Position numbers and translations under genes: made by a program. Below, piece by piece: positions 57,071 to 63,038 of a DNA stretch of 64,000 nt. Under the pieces are notes generated by a model, which was given only the letters and a program-made list of their open reading frames with translations, had not been told where the DNA came from and did no database searches. The number at the start of each line of letters is the position of its first letter. Position 1 is the stretch's first letter. Source of the DNA: Bacteroidales bacterium UBA4333 (GTDB lineage Bacteria; Bacteroidota; Bacteroidia; Bacteroidales; Paludibacteraceae); contig DGTP01000014.1 of the NCBI GenBank assembly GCA_002394335.1, positions 88,138-152,137 on the forward strand, in the 5' to 3' direction.

Positions 57071-57126
57071 TAATTCATTAATTCTATAATTCTTTAATTC
57101 GTTCATTCCTTCACTCATTAATTTAT
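57071..57126. repeat. Imperfect 8-bp tandem array (taattcat taattcta taattctt taattcgt tcattcct tcactcat taatttat)
   Basis: Read directly. It sits between the kinase stop and its terminator. Confidence 0.7.
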
Positions 57127-57136
57127 GGCTAATTAG

Positions 57137-57175
57137 GGCGCAAAGACTCAAACCTTTGCGCCTTTTATTTTTTTG
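57137..57175 (+). terminator. Rho-independent terminator of the kinase gene
   Basis: ggcgcaaag-actcaaac-ctttgcgcc followed by ttttattttttt. Confidence 0.75.
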
Positions 57176-57178
57176 TAG

Positions 57179-57186
57179 TATCTTTG
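57179..57186 (+). promoter_or_regulatory. -7 box TATCTTTG (first of two tandem promoter-like boxes)
   Basis: tttttttgtagtatctttgcactcgc. Confidence 0.35.
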
Positions 57187-57300
57187 CACTCGCAAATCGC
57201 GCAAAGACGTTCTTTGCCATATTGGGGCCCCCAATGGGTGCTAACGCAGTAGTCACCAAACGTGCGATATGGAGCAAAAATACAAAAAAACGCAGAATTA

Positions 57301-57332
57301 TTTGTGTAATTCAAATTTTTATTGTAAATTTG
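57301..57332 (+). promoter_or_regulatory. Strong consensus-like promoter (-33 TTTG 57301, -7 TAAATTTG 57325-57332)
   Basis: gcagaattatttgtgtaattcaaatttttattgtaaatttgcagcg aligns without gaps to the fumarase promoter segment 22031-22077 (33 of 47 identical by hand alignment). Confidence 0.55.
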
Positions 57333-57336
57333 CAGC

Positions 57337-57543
57337 GTCTTTAAGAAAGACGCCCCGTGTCAGCGGACACGGACTACATATTTGAGAGACTAATAGTCAA
57401 CCACCTTGTGAGAATCTGGTAAATTTTTAAAGGGTAGTACGTTGGCATATGTTAGTGCACGTTTGGTGTACTACTTTTGCTATTTTCTACCCGCGGCTTA
57501 CCAGAGCCTTCACAAGGAAAGTAGCAAAAGTAGTATTTTTTTG
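57337..57543 (+). ncRNA. Candidate structured RNA (orphan sRNA, or attenuating leader of the AT-rich operon)
   Basis: Helices: 57335-42/57346-53 (8 bp), 57355-61/57366-72 (7 bp), long-range 57404-11/57510-17 and 57415-22/57498-505 (8+8 bp), inner 57434-40/57468-74. A competing 14-bp terminator stem 57469-82/57522-35 is followed by T7 (57536-42). No ORF. Confidence 0.4.
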
Positions 57544-57599
57544 TACGTGTCTGTATCAACCAGCAGCAAATCTGCTATCCCTTTGCAACCAACCTGCAA

Positions 57600-57632
57600 T
57601 TAATCCGCTGTTAATCCGCTGTTAATCCGCAG
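57600..57632 (+). repeat. 3 x 11-bp direct repeat ttaatccgctg
   Basis: ttaatccgctg ttaatccgctg ttaatccgcag. Confidence 0.85.
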
Positions 57633-57645
57633 AAAAACACGAAAC

Positions 57646-57712
57646 ATATACGATAGATATACGTTAGATATACGTTAGATACACGATACATTAGTATAGT
57701 CTAAGTATAGGC
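57646..57712 (+). repeat. 4 x 11-bp repeat atatacgWtag followed by 2 x 11-bp tWagtataggc-like units
   Basis: atatacgatag atatacgttag atatacgttag atacacgatac a ttagtatagtc taagtataggc. Confidence 0.8.
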
Positions 57713-57829
57713 AGAGGCTAACCTTGCGATAATCTCGAAATACCTTCTATTCGATTCTCTCTCGTTAGTGTCTCGTCAGTCTGATTTGGACTATATAGAT
57801 GTAGAAATTAACTAAAAAAATTTGATATT

Positions 57830-59068
57830 ATGAAACCTGATTACTTTGAGAAAATTCAAAAGCGGTATGACGAATTAGCCAAAGAAGGCTTTAGTTTTAC
57901 CACCGGAATTAAATTTTATCAATCTTTATTAAAGGAACTTCCTAATGTTCCTGATGATACGTATTGTACTCATGAATATATGTTCAGGATTCATGAGAGC
58001 ATACATAAAGATAAGTCATCTAAGACACTTTTGTATAGGCTCTACAATGATGAAACCTGTGAATGGTCGGAATGGAGAGAAAATGATTTCAATACAATTG
58101 ATGATATGACGAGGACTATTCTTGACAGTAGCCCATCGGTGTATTGGAAGGATAAAGATGATGTTGAGCGTGTAGATTTTATGTGGGATGTGATTCTTAA
58201 AGGCAAAAAAATCTATATACTAAATATGGATGGAAGTGAAAATAGTTACGCTCCAAGCAGACAATTAGTTTTGTATGCTCCTGAATTATTACAAAAAAAA
58301 TATATAAGAAAATCTGACAAAAAAGAAATAGGCGGAGATATATTTCCATGGTTGTTTATACAGGTCGGACGGCCAGCTTTTAGATATCCTGATACTCCTG
58401 TTGGTGCGGAAATATTCTCACTGCATACTCGTGAAACTACGGAAGAATCAAGACATTCTTTTGCTCTGTTATTGGTACACGGTTTCCCTGAAATATATGA
58501 TGATAAAAAAAGTGGCACCGCTGCACGCAAACAGACTGTAAAAGAAATAGAAGATGACTTAGCAAAAGGTGTCTTGCCGGCAGAGATTGTCAATGCCCAG
58601 GTGCATATTAACTATGACGGTGCGATGTTTACGCCTGCGCAGGGTCTCCAATATGCCCAAAAGCGGATAGAGGAATTTGAAAAAAGACTGAACGAGATCA
58701 ATCCGGAATTCCTTCACCTCAAAGAAATCCTAAATATGTCTCCCGAGGAGAAAGAAAAGTTTATTGCCGAAGAAAAGAAAAAGGAAGCACAAGCAAAAAA
58801 AGAAAAAGCTGCGAGGAAAGCAGCAAAAAAAGCTGAGAAAGAGGCAGAAGAAAAGAAGAAATCCAAGCTATTTTGGATAGGGACTGCTGTATGGCTCATC
58901 ACGCTAATGTCTCTGTGTGGAATCACATTAGCATTAGATGAATTTTTATACATCGAAGGATGGGTTGCGTTTGCAATATTCGCCGGAGGCATAATAATAG
59001 TTCATTTCGTATGGAAAACCGTTAAAAAGCATCTTAAACGCAAGTGGAGTATCAAAGATGAAGAATAA
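57830..59068 (+). CDS. Hypothetical protein: about 300-aa soluble domain, Lys/Glu coiled-coil, two C-terminal TM helices
   Basis: 412-aa AT-rich ORF, with EEKKKEAQAKKEKAARKAAKKAEKEAEEKKK then LFWIGTAVWLITLMSLCGITLAL and WVAFAIFAGGIIIVHFVW. No motif I can name. Confidence 0.6.
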   Translation: MKPDYFEKIQKRYDELAKEGFSFTTGIKFYQSLLKELPNVPDDTYCTHEYMFRIHESIHKDKSSKTLLYRLYNDETCEWSEWRENDFNTIDDMTRTILDSSPSVYWKDKDDVERVDFMWDVILKGKKIYILNMDGSENSYAPSRQLVLYAPELLQKKYIRKSDKKEIGGDIFPWLFIQVGRPAFRYPDTPVGAEIFSLHTRETTEESRHSFALLLVHGFPEIYDDKKSGTAARKQTVKEIEDDLAKGVLPAEIVNAQVHINYDGAMFTPAQGLQYAQKRIEEFEKRLNEINPEFLHLKEILNMSPEEKEKFIAEEKKKEAQAKKEKAARKAAKKAEKEAEEKKKSKLFWIGTAVWLITLMSLCGITLALDEFLYIEGWVAFAIFAGGIIIVHFVWKTVKKHLKRKWSIKDEE

Positions 59069-59070
59069 TT

Positions 59071-60012
59071 ATGATGCAGAACACCCATCCACATACGCAT
59101 AAATGTTCGATGAGTGCAAGTTGTGCTTATCGCGACACGCAGCAATGCCCGGATAATAGTACCGGATGTATGTTGTACTATCAAAACAACATTTCCGAAA
59201 CTCTTGGCGGAACAGAAATTCAAGAGAAGAACGAAAACAAAATAAACATTAAAGATGGTATGTCGGGAGAAGAAATGCAACAGCAAATGGAATTGCAATT
59301 ACATGAGCAATATGCTCAAAACAATAATGCTTACTTAAATAGTATTATAGCTCTATTTGTAGGCATGTTGGCAGCAATAGGCGCTTATGGATATGTACTT
59401 ATTCATAGCGTGAATTATTTTGAGCCCGTTAGTGGGAATGATACAAACTTGGAATATTCACTGACACAACTAACTTATGCTATGATTGTAGCAATCTTCG
59501 TAATAAATATTATAATGTGTATATGTATTATCCAAGGAACTGCGCAACGTTGTGAACAGTTTATTATACAGAGAATAAGAGATAAATATTACGATGAAAA
59601 CTCTAAAAAGGAGATTTTTCCTGACAGCTATAAACCTTGTGATAAAAAAGGTTTGCAAATTGTACAAGGATTATATGGGGAATTTGTAAAAATAGGATGC
59701 ATTACAGAAACAATGGTATTGCTCAGTTATTGTGCTAAACTTATTGATAATATTATTTCTTTAAAGGATGGCTATAATTTAAACCTTAATGCAACCATTT
59801 GGGTTACGATATCAGTACTTGTTTGTGTGGCAATGGGATATATAGTGTTAAATTGTATGAGAAATTCAGAACAGAAATATTTCAATCGAGAGAATAATAT
59901 AGAAAATCCAGAATCATCTACATCATCAATAGATGAACGTAAGCCGATGTCATTCTTATATTATCTCAAAAAAATTTTTATTTTAAGATTTTGCTATATA
60001 CTTGGTAAATAA
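59071..60012 (+). CDS. Hypothetical polytopic membrane protein (about 4 TM) with a Cys/His-rich N-terminus
   Basis: 313 aa. HPHTHKCSMSASCAYRDTQQCPDNSTGC, then TM segments (IIALFVGMLAAIGAYGYVLI, YAMIVAIFVINIIMCICII, ...). Starts 3 nt after the previous stop. Confidence 0.6.
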   Translation: MMQNTHPHTHKCSMSASCAYRDTQQCPDNSTGCMLYYQNNISETLGGTEIQEKNENKINIKDGMSGEEMQQQMELQLHEQYAQNNNAYLNSIIALFVGMLAAIGAYGYVLIHSVNYFEPVSGNDTNLEYSLTQLTYAMIVAIFVINIIMCICIIQGTAQRCEQFIIQRIRDKYYDENSKKEIFPDSYKPCDKKGLQIVQGLYGEFVKIGCITETMVLLSYCAKLIDNIISLKDGYNLNLNATIWVTISVLVCVAMGYIVLNCMRNSEQKYFNRENNIENPESSTSSIDERKPMSFLYYLKKIFILRFCYILGK

Positions 60013-60091
60013 ACAACAACATAATAGGAGTAAGCTGAAAATCCTTAGAAAAGAGTAAGCAAAAATTAGTTTAATTTAAAATTTTAAACAA

Positions 60092-60244
60092 AATGAAAAA
60101 TTTAATTGCAAAAGTGTTTGGCGTAGAAATTTACGCAAATGCACAGAACATCCATGGTAGAAAATCAAGTGGGGTGGAAGACGCAAATTCTTGTTATCAC
60201 AATTGGAGCAAGAACACCTACGATGTAGGTCCGGACTCCGTTAA
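60092..60244 (+). CDS. Candidate RiPP (lasso-type) precursor peptide, 50 aa
   Basis: Hand translation: MKNLIAKVFGVEIYANAQNIHGRKSSGVEERKFLLSQLEQEHLRCRSGLR. It is the only ATG-initiated ORF spanning most of the 290-nt gap upstream of the B-like gene (a shorter overlapping ORF in another frame exists at 60138-60248). Below the ORF-track cutoff. Confidence 0.45.
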
Positions 60245-60254
60245 CTAAATTTTT

Positions 60255-60284
60255 CTAGAGAATGGAAAGTTTTCCATTCTCTAG
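60255..60284 (+). terminator. Perfect inverted repeat / attenuator between the precursor and processing genes
   Basis: ctagagaatggaaa-gt-tttccattctctag followed by tttatttt. Confidence 0.65.
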
Positions 60285-60302
60285 TTTATTTTGCTATGTA
60301 CT

Positions 60303-60833
60303 ATGTATAAAGAAATTAATCTAAAACATAATAATAAATATTGCTATTTTAATAAATGGTTGGGATTAACATATTTTTCTGAAAAAAAGATGCAAAAGGA
60401 GGCCATTGCAATGCCTGTTGAGATCCATAATCCATTTTTAGTACACTTAAGGACGTCAAAAACTACTCAAAAAGTAAAATTATCCTTTATAATAAAATTG
60501 TATGCTGCGTTATTAGTGTGGTCTGCGAAACACTGCTATCCGTTTATTTATATATTGAGTTATTTACGATTATGTATATATGAGGATGCTCAACAAGCCA
60601 GTTGGGCGTTCCAACAATGCACTATGGGGAATCAGCAGAAGTTATTATGCTTACCCCGTTCTATTTTTATTGCAACTACATCCATGCGATTTAAAGAGCA
60701 TGGGACAATGTATATTGGCATATTTTTGCCTTCGAGAAATATGCACGCATGGGTAATAGAAGATAGTCTGCAAACAGATGGTTGGGACAATTATTGGATA
60801 TTATATCAACCTTTAATTATGATGCGCGGATGA
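60303..60833 (+). CDS. Transglutaminase-like cysteine protease, lasso-peptide B2-type
   Basis: C-terminal LLCLPRSIFIATTSMRFKEHGTMYIGIFLPSRNMHAWVIEDSLQTDGWD. Cys, His 32 residues later, then Asp. First ATG at 60303 (the tracked ORF begins at a TTG). Confidence 0.7.
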   Translation: MYKEINLKHNNKYCYFNKWLGLTYFSEKKMQKEAIAMPVEIHNPFLVHLRTSKTTQKVKLSFIIKLYAALLVWSAKHCYPFIYILSYLRLCIYEDAQQASWAFQQCTMGNQQKLLCLPRSIFIATTSMRFKEHGTMYIGIFLPSRNMHAWVIEDSLQTDGWDNYWILYQPLIMMRG

Positions 60834-61990
60834 ATAAGATTATTACAAAGGGATATACTCAACCTTCTCTGCAGTTTTATAATGCATCCACACATCAGTT
60901 TCAGGCAGACATTTGGGATGAACTGAAACAAGGATTATGGACGCAGTATAATATAGATAATCGCGTATACAATGATAGTATAGGCGAAGTACGACTATCG
61001 GAGTGGAGACCGATATTCCCGAATGTGATTCCAATCTATTCCGGGGTTGAATGGGATGCGCAGCATAATCGATACACAGAGCAACGGTATTACCCACAAT
61101 ATAATACAGATGAAAATTTATACAAGTTTATAGATAAAGCTGCAAACTTTTTTGATAATTATAAAGATAAAAAAATTGGAGTACATCTAAGTGGTGGTTT
61201 AGACTCAAGCCTTATTATATGTTTGTTGCATTATTTACATATCCCTTGTACATTAATTGGCTTTTCTACTAAGCGCTTTGAATTCCGTACAGAACGATAT
61301 ATACAGCAGAAAATGATGGAGTATGGTGAATATGCAGAATTGATAGACTTAGAGCAATATCCATTTTATAGCAAATTATCCAATACCCCCAAGCACCAAA
61401 TACCTGATTCTTGTATCAAACAAAACGAAGCATCACGTGCTCTTGCAGAGGCATTCGCAAAACAAAAAGTAGAAGTCGTTTTTACCGGTCAGGGCGGAGA
61501 TTCCCTTTTTGTAGATGCTTTTATACCAAATACAACGAGTTTTAATATTGGCAATGAATTTACTTTCCCATGGGAACAAGACCTAATATACTCCCCATTA
61601 GGCATAGAGTTGGTCTCTTTTTTTTCTGATCCAACAATTATAGATGCTATATGTTCTATGCGAGTAGGCCAAAAGGATGACCCTCTCAAATGGTGGGCTC
61701 GTAAGACATTTAAAGAAATATTGCCTATTGAGTTATCAGATTATGCCTATTGCGCGGATTTCTTTGGAATTTCCATGAGTGGTTTAGAGGCTGCGAAACC
61801 GGAAATACGATTATTATGTGAGGAGGCGTACGATAGGATTCCCCATCCTATATTTAATCAAAAAGGCATAGAGGAAATTTTATCTACGGATGTGTTCTCA
61901 TTAGAGCACAAAACATATTGTGCATTATGTACAAAAATATCCATAGCTGTTTGGCTGCATAGCTTGTTTAGAGACAATGAAAACAAATGA
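60830..61990 (+). CDS. Asparagine-synthetase-B-like adenylating enzyme, lasso-cyclase-type (short form)
   Basis: KIGVHLSGGLDSSLIICL (PP-loop) and VVFTGQGGDSLFVD. ATG 60830 overlaps the B stop (ATGA). About 386 aa. Confidence 0.7.
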   Translation: MNKIITKGYTQPSLQFYNASTHQFQADIWDELKQGLWTQYNIDNRVYNDSIGEVRLSEWRPIFPNVIPIYSGVEWDAQHNRYTEQRYYPQYNTDENLYKFIDKAANFFDNYKDKKIGVHLSGGLDSSLIICLLHYLHIPCTLIGFSTKRFEFRTERYIQQKMMEYGEYAELIDLEQYPFYSKLSNTPKHQIPDSCIKQNEASRALAEAFAKQKVEVVFTGQGGDSLFVDAFIPNTTSFNIGNEFTFPWEQDLIYSPLGIELVSFFSDPTIIDAICSMRVGQKDDPLKWWARKTFKEILPIELSDYAYCADFFGISMSGLEAAKPEIRLLCEEAYDRIPHPIFNQKGIEEILSTDVFSLEHKTYCALCTKISIAVWLHSLFRDNENK

Positions 61991-62714
61991 TATTCAATTT
62001 TTATACCCAAAGCGAGCTTTTGAAAGCAGCGCTTTCCTTCCTGAAATAGAGGCATTCCGCAATTTTGGATTCATAGTTGAGAATAATCCACAAGAAGATG
62101 CGCAACTTATCTTGTATAGAGGATTTATACTTTGGAAACAAAGTGATTATCCAATAGACAAAAGAATATGGCAAGGATGGAAGGAATATCAAGCAACATC
62201 TTTACTTTCTATATATTATCCGCTCATTGCTGACATATGCATCCCTACGTTTTTTGTAGATGAGTTAGATCAAAAGGTAATCAAAAGAGAAATGGAAAAG
62301 AGGAAATTGGAATGTGTCTTTATAAAGAATGATGTAAAATCATTATTCTGTATAGATGAAACTGCTTCTGTTTATCCAAAACATTCGCTCTTAGAAATAA
62401 AGGAAAATCTTGATAAATACCCACCATTTGAAGGAGCAAAATATGCTATACGCCAATATGTCGATGCGGATTGGACACAAGAAGACCGATATTTTGTAAT
62501 TAATGATCGTATTTTCCATCGTAGCGGTATTATTCCTCCAGTCGTACAAGAAGCAGCTAAAAGATTGAAACCTCTTGGTAGTCATTATTATGTTATAGAT
62601 GCAATGCCCGATTTTATAGTAGAAGTGAATCCTGGTGAAAGTTCTGATCGCTATGGGGACAATCCTCCGGAATTGTTTGCTTCGTGGTTTAAGCAAGCAT
62701 TATCAAGTTTATAA
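61977..62714 (+). CDS. ATP-grasp-like enzyme (R2K / DUF4343-like)
   Basis: 245 aa, with VFIKNDVKS, AIRQYVD..EDRYFVINDRIFHRS and HYYVIDAMPDFIVEVNPGESSDRYG, resembling the ATP-grasp C-terminal half (xxElNdGqxSg). Overlaps the cyclase gene by 14 nt. Confidence 0.5.
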   Translation: MKTNDIQFLYPKRAFESSAFLPEIEAFRNFGFIVENNPQEDAQLILYRGFILWKQSDYPIDKRIWQGWKEYQATSLLSIYYPLIADICIPTFFVDELDQKVIKREMEKRKLECVFIKNDVKSLFCIDETASVYPKHSLLEIKENLDKYPPFEGAKYAIRQYVDADWTQEDRYFVINDRIFHRSGIIPPVVQEAAKRLKPLGSHYYVIDAMPDFIVEVNPGESSDRYGDNPPELFASWFKQALSSL

Positions 62715-62725
62715 AAGCCTGTAGT

Positions 62726-63037
62726 ATGAAATATCTCTTATGCAAAATAGGTCCGTATTTGACCATCCTCGGCTTTATATGCGCATGGATGATAGGCAAT
62801 GATCCAAGCACGAACGGATGGATGACACCTCTTATTATTGTGTCGCTTCTTATGATTATCCCCGGGTGGATATTCGGCTATAGAGTATGGGACATGCATG
62901 TCCCGCCTATTGGCTTTGCATTCATGAGTCAAATGGATGTTTTCGATGCGCGATGGTATAGCGTTTTGGCTTGGGGAGTGCGATTTATGTCCTTCCCGTT
63001 CATCATAGCAATAATCTTAATCCTTATATTTATATAA
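62726..63037 (+). CDS. 103-aa 3-TM membrane miniprotein
   Basis: LTILGFICAWMIG, LIIVSLLMIIPGWIFGY and FMSFPFIIAIILILIFI. Confidence 0.55.
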   Translation: MKYLLCKIGPYLTILGFICAWMIGNDPSTNGWMTPLIIVSLLMIIPGWIFGYRVWDMHVPPIGFAFMSQMDVFDARWYSVLAWGVRFMSFPFIIAIILILIFI

Positions 63038-63038
63038 T

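Noticed and set aside
57059-57344. Tracked ORFs 57059-57277 (-) and 57156-57344 (+).
   Set aside because: They run through an octamer repeat, a terminator hairpin and two promoter boxes, and lack credible start context.
57381-57425. TPP riboswitch (uugagaga and aucugguaa resemble CUGAGA and AUCUGGAUAA).
   Set aside because: The GGGGUGC-type 5' element and the pyrimidine-sensor helix arrangement are missing, and no thiamine genes follow.
57600-57712. CRISPR array.
   Set aside because: The repeats are only 11 bp and directly abutting, without spacers. No cas genes are in the window.
60138-60248. Alternative 36-aa precursor ORF MHRTSMVENQVGWKNANSCYHNWSKNTYDVGPDSVN.
   Set aside because: No Gly/Ala/Ser/Cys residue is followed by Asp/Glu at positions 7-9 in a sensible leader/core split. 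It is kept as an unresolved alternative, not excluded.
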